From the human T2T-CHM13v2.0 reference genome, Homo sapiens: a stretch of DNA of 64,000 bases. The notes beneath the pieces were generated by a model, which searched no databases, was not told where the DNA came from, and saw only the letters and a list, made by a program, of their open reading frames with translations. This document shows, one piece after another, positions 13,801 to 27,343 of the stretch. Numbering within the stretch: position 1 is the stretch's first letter; every line of letters starts with the position of its first letter. The stretch lies in assembly GCF_009914755.1 (NCBI RefSeq), contig NC_060942.1. One strand, given 5' to 3'. The position numbers and the translations under genes were made by a program.

Positions 13801-15389
13801 TAAGTGTAATCTCACATAAATCTTTGGGTGTCTTCAAACACTTATTAAGATGTGCAAGGAGACTAAGGACTATCTGTCTTGATAAAGGGACAGATATTTT
13901 CCTAAGCGTTATAAGCTAAAATAAGATACACCACTCTTTCAGCCTTTGGATTTAAAAGAATGATTAGAAGCCCAGCCAATCTACTTAATTGGTATCAGGC
14001 TGAGAACATCTCGCCACTAAAATATAAACCTAGTTCTATGATTTAAAGTCAGATTTTTCTTACACAAAACTGGGCATAAAGAAATCAAATACTAATCTTC
14101 ACTGCATTCTCCCAGCCAAACACACTCATGTGTGCACAAGCATGCATATGTGTGCACTCAAAGGTGATGTTAAAAACACTTAATAATGTAATGTATAATA
14201 CATATATAAATGCATGTATTAAAATATTGCTTAGGAAGTAGCTTAAAATAGCTACAAATTTCATCAGATCATTATAATAATTTCCAAATGATTTGTTGAT
14301 AATCAGAAATGCTGATTGCAATTTTTTGTTTTAAGTGATTATTGTCCAAAAAATAAAGCCTTCATCTGAGCCTTGATTTGATGAGGCAAGCTGCATCGAA
14401 CCCTTCCAAGGGTACTTCATTGAATTGTGAGCCATTAGCCCTCAGTGCCCGGGTGCTATGTGGCAGCCAGAGGCAAATAGATGCCTGGCTCATGCTGTGT
14501 GGCTCAGTACACGCCTGTGCATCAGGACTTCCCATGAGGCTTGGACCTGTGTCTTTCCCCCCACTGACAGTGCTGCTCCCCCTACCATTGCCCTGCTAAA
14601 GATGGCCCTGGAGCAGGAGGCAGAGCTGAATACACCCTGCCTTCTCACATGTGCCAGCCAATGTGAACCTCATTATCACTGGAGTCATGTTTAATGGGAT
14701 TGCACAAGAAGCAGCAGGGCTCTCACATTCTAAGTAACAAGGGATCTCACTTCTGTTTTGATTTTAGTAGGAAGGATCTCTGCCGGTTACAGTGAACTTA
14801 AAAGAATCTTTCCAATTGTGGAAAGAGCAGGCTCAGGCACCATTTTTTTAAGTCAAGTATTGGCAAACATGTGCACAAAGATGAATGTACAAAATTCTAA
14901 CAGTAGAGCATCTGTATTCCAGGAGAAGAGAATGTGGATTGGATGAGGCTTGACTTTTTAGCTTTAAAGGAGGTCACCATTTCCTCAATTAGGAAACTCT
15001 GTTCAGAATTCAGTTACCTAGAAGTGTGTGTAGAAAATAGAGTATGATTTTCTGCATAGAATATAGAACTTGAACTGATATCTTGAAGTAATCTGTTATC
15101 TTTATAAAGTCCTGAAGTGAAACAAGCCTCTTTGGCTATTGTTTCATATAAATGCTTGTACTTACATGGATCCTTCTTGCTATACATTTCAAGATCAAGT
15201 GCCCAGGTGGTAAAGCCAGGTGAGTAGCTTTCATTACAGTATTCTAAAACCATGAAGTATGCTGCGATCTGGACCCATTAAATACCATTAATTTCCACAC
15301 TGAATAACTAACAGAGGAGTTTGAGCCTTTATATGCATAATAAATAACGGAGGAGTTTGAGCCTTTATATGCACAATGGTCACCAAAGG

Positions 15390-15560
15390 AGGTGGAAAAA
15401 AGTGCAATTTTTGGGGTCTTACTCCTAATCAGAGGATCTGATTCAGCTGGGGAAGGCTCTGGGATCATCGTTTTAACAAATGCTGAGGCTTTCTGATGCC
15501 ATTGTGAGGCATTCTTGTGACATTCTTGTGACATCGTGAACCATACCTTAAGAAACACTG
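15390..15560. mobile_element. MER5-like hAT MITE
   Basis: cagaggatctgattcagctggg...ttttaacaa...tgatgc...ttaagaaacactg. Confidence 0.55.
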
Positions 15561-16375
15561 AATTAGGGCTTCATGTTTCAGATCATAACCGTCGCTTTTT
15601 TGCATAAAGGAGGGAGTGATTATGGTAGGGTGTAGGATAGAGGAAAGATAAAATATGGTATTCTTGATATCTAAAGAAAAACATCAGTAAGTCACTTCTG
15701 TCTTCCCAAGAACTGCCCAAACATGCCAATTTTACAGAAGCTGTGCAAAACAGGAAACTACTGAAGTTAATTTCTCACAAATTTACAATCAGATAAAGAC
15801 AGAGGACATTATGACAGAGACAGCAGGCTGGGAGGGGTGAGAGTGGGGTGTCATCCGGTTACTCTCTTTACCTCTAAAACTCTTATCATTTGTGAATGAA
15901 ATGAACACACTGCCAAATCTGATTCTGAGTCATTAACCAAATAGTTAAATTTAATAAAATTCCAGTCTAATCCAGACAATTCATGGCCAACTAGGAACTT
16001 TCTCATCAAGTTGTTTTGTTATACTTACTTTTATGATGTGTGGATGGATTCAAAATCAATTATCATGCTAGAGAATACTATGGATGAGTCAGAAGAAGTG
16101 AGCTAAATTTACATGTAGCAACATACATAGACCTCAAAAACAAAAGACTGAATGAAAAAAGCAAGGTACACAATGGGATCAATAGTAATATATCATTTAT
16201 AAATATAATATGCACACACAAAATAATGTCAACTATTTTTCAAGGTTGAACACATATCTAAATGACAATATGAATGATGGAATGGGAATATATGCATTTA
16301 ATAAACTAAAGTGAGTAATTCTATTGGGGAAAGGGAAATTGAGATTGGGGTTGGAGGATAAAGGGGGAAAACAAC

Positions 16376-16425
16376 AAACCAAACCAAACCAAATCAAACC
16401 AAACCAAACCAAACCAAACCAAACC
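16376..16425. repeat. (AAACC)n pentanucleotide repeat, about 10 units with one variant
   Basis: Read directly from the sequence. Confidence 0.95.
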
Positions 16426-17060
16426 GAACAACAAAACAGGGACCTGGTCACAGATCAATGATGATTGTGGATCTTGGGCCGAGACGTATGGTAGACTCAA
16501 TTTAGAAGCTGGTAAGGGACAGAATGAAAAATGTTGACAACTTGGTCCTTGCCCTTAGGGAATTGCAATTTAGTTGCAGTTATTTGCATGAAACTAATAA
16601 GGAAAGATATTACATAATCAAGTGTTAGGTGGGACTAACTGACAACTATGATAGTTGAGAGAATAGAGAGGAAAAAGAAAAAATAACAGTAATTTTTAAG
16701 GCAAAAGAAAAAGAAACTATTCTTTGGTGTCTGCCAGTGGTCCTCCTATGCATTTCATAGTATGGTCATTTTCAGAAGTCTCTTATTTTCACCATTTTCT
16801 CAATGGTCTATAAGAATTAGATCCGTTTAGATCCTTTAGTCCTATCTCAGTTCCCAAGGGCTATTTGTCTACTTATTTATTTTCTTTATGCATAGGAAAT
16901 ATGATTGAACTTTGCTTAAATGAGAAGAATGTTCATTTAACTTAATTTCATTTATTTCTTCTTATTCATTTTTTTTCACACTGAGTTTTACAGTGTGAAG
17001 GCTCTGTGAAGTCAGGAGATGGTCGCAGAGATTTTCCAATACCTAAGTGTGTTCTTCTAC

Positions 17061-17990
17061 TGTACATTAGTTAGAGTAATGTGGACTGCCACAATAGATA
17101 TACTGCCAATCTCAGAGGCTTAAAGCCCATATCACAGAACAATGATGGTTCTCCTGGACTGCTGTCTCCCCTCCACACAGTGATTCAGGAACCCGGGTTC
17201 CTTCAATCTTGTCCCTTTGCCATCTTATATACACTCCCATTTTTCCCTGGGGGTCTTTTCCATTCCAGCCAAGTGGAAGGGGAGAAAGCCTGGCAGCTCC
17301 TGGGCTGCCTGAAGCCCAGCCACACATTTCAGACCCTCATCTTGTCCTGAGGTGCTTGAAACGGTGGGGGGCTCTCGAGCCCATTCTCATGTTTACAGCG
17401 GTTGGTGGGGGGTGGAGGGGGTCTGGGAATCTGAGAGTCATTCAGGTGACTTCCTGCAGGGAGCTTTCTGACACCAGCCCTTCCCCAGACCCTCAGGTAG
17501 AGCCAACAAGGCCATGTGCTGCCCTGTCGCTGAGCCCAGCTGCGGGCGGCTCCTGGTGCTAACAGCAAAGTCACACTCCCAGGCCTGCCTGATTCCCTGA
17601 TTCCCTCGCCAAGGCTACAGGGAGCCCATTCAGTTTCTCCCAAGCCCAGGTGAGGCCTGGCCTCATCTCAGACCCTGCTTAGGGTGGGGGATGTGGCCAG
17701 GGGTGATTCTGTACTCAATCCTTTTTGGTGCATTTTTTTTGAAGAAGAATATTGAGTTTCTCTTTGTAAAAAACAACAACAACAGCGAAAACGAAACAAA
17801 ACAAAACAAAACAAAAAAAGATGAAAGACCACATTTGGGAAGTTTTAGGGGCCAGGCCTGGAAGTTACAGCCCATCACTTCCTATTCTCATCCCATCGGT
17901 TAGTACACAGTCATATGGCTGACAGGCAGGTTGGGAATGCATGATTATGCATAGTCATATGGCTGACAGGAAGGTGGGGAATGCAGGCAG
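17061..17990 (-). mobile_element. MLT1J/K-like MaLR LTR split by a ~530-bp insert
   Basis: Left part ctccacacagtgattcaggaacccggg...cattccagcc; right part ggccaggcctggaagt...catcacttcc...tagtacacagtcatatggc. Confidence 0.65.
17289..17820 (+). pseudogene. Candidate processed retrocopy of an unidentified mRNA 3' end
   Basis: GC-rich sequence not resembling a known repeat, ending in a decayed A-tail (17768-17819, aaaac-type units) and interrupting the MLT1. No clear TSD or canonical poly(A) signal. Confidence 0.5.
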
Positions 17991-19023
17991 GCATGCATCT
18001 ATCTGCATGCTCAGGCATGGAAGATGAGTCTGCCACAAGACTCCCATTTATTTATTCATTAGCATCAATCTCTCATCCATAGAAAGTGTAGAAATGAGGA
18101 ATGATAAAGGTGCAAGGAATTAAACCTTTGATTTAACTTGATATATTTGACATTGGGTAAAGAACCTGGATGTGACTTTTGAGTCTTCCTGGCCAACATT
18201 CATTGCTCACAAGATAAGGAGAACTGCATGAACAGAACAATGTTATACACTGGAAGGGCTGGTAAGTCTCCACCTGACAAATCTCCTGGGATGTGGCCAA
18301 GAGGCCAATGGTCAGCTTTGTGCTGGGCTCCTTTGGCTCCCTTTCCTGACTTCTCTGAACCAGTGGCAAGCTGTCTGAACCTTTCAGTCTTGGTTGTTTT
18401 CTAGGTTTTACCCCTGACCTTCTTACACCTTTGATACTTGCTTGACCCTTGCTGCTCTGGCTGATTTCCTTGGGCTCCACTTCCTGACAGCCTGAATTTC
18501 TGTGTCAGTTACTGCAGCCCTAGCTGTGCCTGCATCAGCTTTCCTTCTAACTTGTCTGAGTACATGGCCAGCCACCTCCATGTCACTAAATCTGGGTTGT
18601 GGTACAACCTGGTCGATATTATACTGTTGCTGTCTTCATCTCAGCGTGACTATGGTCTACTAATAGTTGGAATTTCTGTGTGAAATCCCCACAAAAGACA
18701 TGAATATTTTATCCCACATTCACACATATATATTTGCACTTGACAAGAGGTGTGCTGAGTCATCTATATATTTCAAATGAAAATTTAAACTTGAGTCATG
18801 AAAGGAAGTTCTCCTGGGGACATCTGCTCCAGTGTCTCTGCCATGTGCTTAGGAATTTGCTCATCCTATCTGATAACGGTTCAAAATGCTCTGGAGGGAA
18901 CTGAGCTGAGTTTTCAACTCATGCCTGGGAACGTTAATGTGACTGAGTAAATCCTTTATTCCTTAGGATAATGTGGGACTAAAATACCTGTAGTCAGGTA
19001 ATCAATCAATGGTGCAGATATTG

Positions 19024-19417
19024 TGTATTAGTTTGGGCAGCTGTAACAAAGTACCCTAGACCAGGTGGCTTGTAAACAACAGGCATTTATTTCTCACAGT
19101 TCTGGAGACTGGAAGTCCCAGATCAGGGTGCTAGCATGGTTGGGTTCTGGATCAGGGTGCCAGCAGGGTTGGGTTCTTGGTGAGGGCTCACTTCTGGGTG
19201 GCAGACCACCGACTTCTCGTTGTATCATCACAAGGCAGAAGGAGAGTGAGCTAGGTCCCTCTCTGGCCTCTCCTTATAAGGACACTAATACTATTCTTAA
19301 AGGCTTAGGTCTACCTTTATGACCTAATCAACTGCCAAAGGCCCCACCTTCTACCACACTGAAGGTTGGGCTTTAACATATGAATTTTGGGAAAACACAA
19401 ACATTCAGTCCATAACA
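19024..19417 (-). mobile_element. MaLR LTR (MLT1A/MSTC-D-like)
   Basis: tgtattagt...tttatttctcacagttctggagactggaagtcc...cacaaacattcagtccataaca. Confidence 0.9.
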
Positions 19418-19511
19418 GATTCATAATATGTCTCTTTCTCTCTTTACTCACATATTTATGTGCAGTGGTTAATAGTGTATAGTGCAATAATTTATTTACC
19501 TTTGATTTATG

Positions 19512-19735
19512 GAGGGATTGGCAAACTACAGCCTGTGGGCCAAATTGGGCCTGCTGTCTGTTTTGGTAAATAAAGTTGTGTTGCAACACAGCCATGCCCA
19601 TTTTTTAACATATCATCGATGGTAGCTTTCGTGCTCCCACAGCAGAATTGAGTAGTTGCCACAGAGACGGTATGGCCTGGAAGGCCTATCATACTTATTA
19701 TCTGGCCCTTTACAGAAAAAGTTTGCTGAGCCCTG
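19512..19735 (+). mobile_element. MER58A hAT-Charlie MITE
   Basis: ggcaaactacagcctgtgggccaaat...ctggccctttacagaaaaagtttgctgagccctg. Confidence 0.9.
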
Positions 19736-19884
19736 CGTTAGACACAGACAGTAAATGTGAATACCTTGGAAGCACTTAATTCCTGAAACAGAATAGCCAA
19801 CAAATGAGTATGTGTTTGTTCGTTTTATAAATCTCAGTCTTTCTTTGCTTACATTGTCCCTTCTGCCTGGACTACTTGGACACT

Positions 19885-20100
19885 TCAATCACGTATCCAA
19901 CAAATAGCCATGATGTGCTTACTATGTGGCAGGCACTGCTCTTGGTGCTGTGACAAAAACAGGACATCTAGAGCCTCTGTCTTCATGGATCTCATATTCT
20001 ATTGGGTGGAGAGACGACCGATTGATGAGTAAGTAGATGTATAACATCATGTCTCCTTATGGTTCACCTTATGAAGATAGACAAAGCCGGTGCAAGGGTC
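19885..20100 (-). mobile_element. L2 3' end
   Basis: caacaaatag...tgcttactatgtggcaggcactgctct. Confidence 0.65.
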
Positions 20101-22049
20101 TCTGTCTGATTAATTCCTCCTTACTTCCTTATTCCTCTAAGGTCTTTCTCAAGCCTAACTTCCTTCATAGGATCATTCTTTGTCTCCCCATTTAGTCTTT
20201 GTCTATTTCTTTCCCTTTTAACTCACAGATCTTTTTATTTTGAACTTTTAAGGAATTTCTATCATTCTATCCTGGATTGGAGTTCTTTGTATATGTATTT
20301 CTTCTTCACCATAGATTGTGAGCCCATTAGTGACAAGGGCAATGTGACAATTTTCAATTTCTCAACAGCAACCCACACAGTGCCTGGACATGGGTAAATA
20401 TCTTTGATTAAGCCAGGTCTTGATTCTAATACTGGAGGTTTTTAGTACATGATGATCTGATGCACTCCTCTCTGTCTGTGGTCTTCCTGAGTCTATGATC
20501 ACCACTGTGTCCCATCAGCCACTTACAGGCAGAGGGAGGGAGTTTCCCACATTTTTAGGAATTGGAATCTCTTCAGGAATTCACTACGCCCACAGGCCCA
20601 TCTGGACCATAAGATTTACCTATTCTTTTGACATACAAACCAGAGAAAATCTTCTTAAAATGTTATAGCCTGAATTTTCCCCAGTAAGGAAAGAAAAATC
20701 CAACCAATCAACCAAGCAAAAGGGACGAAAGGAGGGAGTTGCACAAGTCATTAGCAAATAGAAAATTAAACAAAAAGTTCTTGGACTTTCTCATTGTTTT
20801 AAACTACCCCCTCACCCCACCTAGATTTTAGGTACTGGTCTGTTGATAGGAAACCAGGTTACTTTGTTGGAAAGAAACTAGTATTGGAGGTTGTATTAAT
20901 CAGAGCTTGAGGATGAGCCAATTTCTCCCATGCATGGGATGAATGGGGTTATTCATGAAGGGGCATCTGGGCAGGAAGTGGGGGCGTTGTGGCTAACTAA
21001 GCCAGGCTAGCCCTTGAAAGCAGAAGGGAAATCTTTCAGAACACATGAGCAACAGCTAGGGTGAAGGAGAAGGCCAAAGGTGCTTGTAGAAGGTGAGTGA
21101 GAAGGAAATGAAGAGTTGCAACCTGTTACCAATTAGCACGGTTCTTTGGGCCAAATCATGCACAAGTGGCTCATGGGTCATGAGCTTCCTGCAGTACACA
21201 CAACCCCGAGCCATCCATGGAAAAGACCCATCTTCGTGACCCTTAGCATGAAAGAGGCTAATTTTGTTATTGTCTTACTCTGTTCAGCATCATCATTGAC
21301 ATTTTCCACTATTTCTCAGCCCTGGGAGGAAAAAGCCAGTACTTGATATAATGCTTAAGATAAAATAAGATTCCTATTCTATTTTAGAACATCCAAGTTC
21401 CACTGAATTAGAAAGTCTGGAAATTTCTGTCGATTGTGGGGGTGTTTACAAATTGGGGACAAGGTGGCAGCCAACTTACTGTGGTAACTTGGGCAAGAGT
21501 CTTCCCTCTGCCCACAGTGGAAACCCTCCCTCTGAAATCAGGAGGGCTGCAAGGATGACCTGAATTTGCCTCTTACTGTGCTGCAACCACACATCCTTGT
21601 ACAAAGCATAGGAGGTTTCTTGTCTTCTAGAAGCCAGGCTGTATTCTTGAGGTCTTGCTCTCCAGGACCACCTGCAGGCCCCTGGGGTAGAAGCAGCCCT
21701 GGGGCAGATAATGCAGCCAGTGGTCAGGCAGTGGGCTTGCTTGCCTTGTAGGTTTCTGCCCCTATGTATGGAAAGTCTTTGCCATATGACTATATACCTT
21801 CATATCACTACATTTGTGAATATCCATCAATTGAGCCTGTGTCCATTCCTAGGATCCTGTGTTCATTTTTCCAGAAAAGTCTATGTTTTCCAGCTGACCC
21901 AGTAGAAAAAAAATGTGATCTTTGGAAGGTGAAGACAAATCTATATCCATCATTTATGAACTTGCTGTTGCCTATAATGACAAACACAATAAAATTTCCC
22001 TGTAGTAAATATACATAAATTTTTATGATAATATCAATGTTACTAATGC

Positions 22050-22345
22050 AACGGCAGCTTTCATTCCTTGAACAATTACTGTGTGCCTGGAATTATGCTA
22101 AGAACTTTAAAAGCATAATGTAATACATATACCATGAGGTAACTACTACTATCATCTTCATTTTACGGATGAAGAAAGTGAGGCTTAGGTTAAATAACTT
22201 TCCCAAAGACTCATGAGGCGGAATCTGCAAACCTAATTCTAGAACCCATGGTCTTTATTTCTGTGTTATAATTGTCTCAGTTCACAGGTGGAGGCTAGGC
22301 TCAAACCCAGGCAGCCTGACTCAAGGCCTCACTCTTTTCATTTTA
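22050..22345 (-). mobile_element. MIR fragments
   Basis: ttactgtgtgcctgg...cattttacggatgaagaaagtgaggctt...aaacccaggcagcctgactc. Confidence 0.7.
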
Positions 22346-23789
22346 CTATGTTTAAATTTTTGTGTGTGTGTGTTTTTACATATTTCTACCAGATGTGCTT
22401 AATTGAGTGCTAGCTCTTTTTCTTCTTGACGACAGGTGGATTCAGGAGATTCATAGCTTATTGCTTAGTAGTTAGGAACTCTACAGTGTAGACTAGTTAT
22501 ACACATTAATGGGAGAATGAGACATTGTATTGTACCCAGATGTATAAATAGAGGCATTTTTTAAAAAGCATGCTTGTTGTAAACAACTGCAGCAGGAAGA
22601 TTGCAATTATATCTATCTCAAACACTAACCAGTTGCAGCAAACATTTTAGACTTTGTGTAATAATGGAGTCAATTCTAAGTGGAAAAAGAACAAAACATC
22701 AATAGATAAGATCATTGTCAATTCTGTCTTACTTGAAACAATAAATTTATTAACACCAGGTACAATGATAAATAATTAGTTGAAAGTCATATTCTATGAC
22801 TTTTCAAAGTTATCTAAAATGTCTCCTATTTCAGGCTAGTATAGGCTGGATGCATACTAAAAGAATTAAGAGCAACAGAGTCCTCATCTCTTTACATTGA
22901 ATGTCAGGAAATAACAAGAGAGGATTTGTAATTTGTGGCAAAAATTAGTCACGAATAGTCAGACACACTCTTACTTGAAACATCATCTTCCATGGGATTA
23001 GTCAACAAATGGGCTTTCTGATTAGCTAGCACAGGGAAGGGGTTTATAAGAAAGCATCTGGAACAAAGGAATTTTAGGTTCAAGTGGACAGCTTCCTAAT
23101 TTTCCTTTAATATAAGAAGGTAAACCCATTTTCTGATTCAATACTTTCCATTCTCAAAGAGGTGACTGATATTATTCTACTTCCACAGCATTTGGCAGAA
23201 GCTTATTTAACTAAAGTCTTGATTTAAACCTAAAATTCCACCAAATAAATGACAAATGATGAAGTGGGATTCTTCAGATTCTGTATCCAGGTTATTGACC
23301 TGCCACCCCCTATTTCTATCTGTATTCTTGTGTAAGATTCTTGGAAGGCACTGAGGCATGGGCTTTTGAGGTCATGGTCCAGGTTGTAGCCATTAGTTTG
23401 ACAAAGGTTTTTGACTGTCTTTCTGATACATAGTAGACTGCACTTTCTGGCTTCCTTGCAGTTTGCTGCGAGCACTTGAGCAGCTCTGGCCCAGGAGCTG
23501 TATTTGGAAGTACACGTTACTTCCTGTCAGAGTTTGATTGACAGTGAGCTGTCCTCCTGCCCTCTTACCCTCTACCGTGGAGGGAAAACAATGAGTCTTA
23601 GATGACTGCTTTGTTAGCCTGACCCCTAGAATGGGGCTGTCATGGAAAAGAGTAAAAAAGATTATGTAGCATAAACAAGAAATCACCTTTTTTTTTGTTT
23701 GTTTTAAACCACTCAGATATGGAGATTGTTAGTTCTTAGAGCATAATCTGGCCTATCGTGAGGCCGGTGTTACTTGTTAGAATATTGTA

Positions 23790-25100
23790 TGTCATAGGCA
23801 AGCCCAAGAATCACCAAGATAGTCCTGAAGAACAGTAAGATGGAGGGGTAGGGAGACTTTCTTTTTATATTAAGCTTTAGTAATTATATAAAGCTTTAGT
23901 AATTAAAATAGTGCTGTATTGCTAATGTGATAGATAAAATGGCCAATAAAAGAAAATGAGAGTTCAGAAGCAGCCCCAAGCATATTGGGAAATTTTATAT
24001 TTGACATAGGTAATATTGTAGACCACTGAGAAAAAATAGAATAGTCAGGAAATGGGGTTGGGAAAGATGGTGTTCCACATGGGAAAAAAAGTGGATTTAG
24101 TCCCCTTTCTCATATAAAAAATCAGTTCCCAATGGATTAATGAGCTAGACATGAAAGGCAAACATTTTAAATTTAATTGAAACATTCGGTAGAGAAATCA
24201 TTCTTAACAGAGAGGAAAAAAATTGATGAGTCAATATTTTACATTAAAATTAAGGAAATAAAGGTCTCTATCAAAAAAAGTCTGAAAAGGTAAGCCACAC
24301 AGCATATATTTGCAGAGGATCACACATCAGAAAGAAAAACGATAACTGAAAAATAATTCTGTTCATGGGCAAAAGATTATAGCCATTTCATAGAAGAGGA
24401 AACACAAATGGCAAATGGATATAAGTGAAGATACACCATTAGTTATCAAGAAATGCAAATTAAGTGCACACAAAAATGCAAAAAATCAAGAAGTTTGACA
24501 AAACCAAATGCAGGTGAGGATGCGGATTGATGGGAAGTCTCGTGTTTTTTACAGTAGAGTGTTAGTTGATACAACTACTTTAAAAAACATTGTTTTCATT
24601 CCCTGATAGAGCTGAACACTTAATTATTCTACAAATGATCAATTTCACTCATAGGTGTCATGAAGAAATACTCTAAATATACACACTGAGACCCATGTGG
24701 TAACATTCACTGGAGCATGGTTGGTAAGAACAAAAATCCTGAAACAATCAAAATGCTCACTGACCAGAATATAATTTCCGTAATGGTGGAATATCTTTTA
24801 AATGGAATTTTACATAAGTTAATGAAAAGTAAATGAGTCTCATATTCATGCATAATTATGAATGAATCTTTAAAAATATTACTGAGTGAGAAAAAAAGTC
24901 ATACAGTAGAATAGTACATATAGAATGGTACCATTTTTAAAATGCCTAAAAACAACATACTGAGAAGGAAGCTAGAGAATGAGCTAGGGAAGGAGCACAT
25001 ATAGATACAGTAATTTTGTTAATACTCCAAGTCTTAAGCGGGTGATGGATCCATAGGCATTCATTTTACTATCATGCTTCCTTCTTTATGCATGTGTCAC
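23790..25100 (+). mobile_element. Old L1ME/L1MC ORF2 3' region and 3' UTR
   Basis: aagctttagtaattaaaatagtgctgtattg, aaaatcagttcccaatggatta, atttcatagaagaggaaacacaaatggcaaa, ggtgaggatgcgga. Confidence 0.8.
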
Positions 25101-25667
25101 ACATGCAATGAATCTGATATATTTTTCCCCAAAGACCTTGTATAGGAAGAATAGTAGTTTTCAAATAAGTGTCCAGTGAAGTTTGAATAAAAGGTATGTC
25201 TTTTCATTGGAAAGCTCTTCTAGCAATGGGAATTTCTTCATTCTCCAAGCACCTTTGAAGTGTTCAAAATTAGAGTTGCCTTTCTCAACAATTTTCATTT
25301 CTGATTTCAGTGTTCATGGATGCCTTTGAAATTTGCCAATAGTAAGTAACAGAAGAATGACTCTTTGGCAACATTTCCTTTCTCTCCTTTGTTTTTCTTT
25401 TTCCTTTTATTAATTTCAACTAAATTATTGATAGTTTGTCAATTTATAAATGTTCCTGATTCCTTGAGCGTGCATTATGTCTAAGACATTTGCCTCCAAA
25501 ATATTTTTATTTGTCAGTGTGAAAGAGCTTTCTCAAATGATAGCCTGTATTTTTGATATTTTAATTTAACTTTTCATTTTTCTTTTTCTGGAAACCAAGG
25601 GATAATTTAACTTTTCAGATAATTCTTCCATGCCTCTGTGTCAGTGCTTGCAATTTCCCCAATAATT

Positions 25668-26497
<830 letters not shown>

Positions 26498-27086
26498 TAT
26501 CAATCAGTTTTCTATCTGAAGAAACACATCTACCTATTGCTTACAATAAAAACTTTTCTGTTGCGTATCTTCCAACATGCCATCTGGATGCATCATCTGG
26601 ATGAGATGCATACCTTTGCCAACATTTTCGCCAGGTATTAGATTTGCTCTACCTGATCCTACAGTCATGCGAGCATAACTAGTCTAGCCTGCTAGACCAG
26701 TTTGGGAGTACAGTTACAGTCTGCTTTATTTTTTAAAAAATAACTAATTAAATTAATTTTTTCAGTGCATGTGTAATACACTTACATGATTCAAAAATCT
26801 AAAAATATGAAAAGATGATACAGTGTGAAATATCTTCCTCCTGCATCCTTCACCTAGTCTACAGATTCTCTCCCCCATGCAAGCAACCTTATCATTTTCT
26901 TAAAGACTACATTAAATATGTATATTAAAATTATTTTGAATATTAAACTTTATTTTGCACTTAACTTCATGTTGGGCACTATGCTAAACACTTTTCATTT
27001 AATCTTTCCAGCAATTTAGTGAGGTGAGTTTTACTGTTATCCCTGTTTTTCAGATGAAAAAACTGAGGTATAGGATGATACAACTG

Positions 27087-27343
27087 GGCCAGGCATGGTG
27101 GCTCACATCTGTAATACCAGCACTTTGGGAGGCCAAGGGAGGAGGATCACTTGAACCCAGGTGTTTGAGACCAGCCTGAGAAAAACAGGAAGAACTCATC
27201 TCTACAAAAAAATTATCTAGTAAGAAATTAGCCGGGTGTGGTGGTGCACTTGTATGGTCCCAGCTACTTGGGAGGCTGAGGTGGGAGGATTACTTAAGCC
27301 TGGGAAGTCGAGGCTGCACTGAACTGTGACTCCAGCCTGGGTC
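27087..27343 (+). mobile_element. AluJ lacking its 3' end and tail, inserted in a MIR
   Basis: ggaggattacttaagcctgggaagtcgaggctgca is AluJ-type; antisense MIR sequence on both sides. Confidence 0.85.

Noticed and set aside
15305-15376. 36-bp direct repeats of CRISPR-like length
   Set aside because: Only two abutting copies, no spacer, no cas genes, and the DNA is primate.
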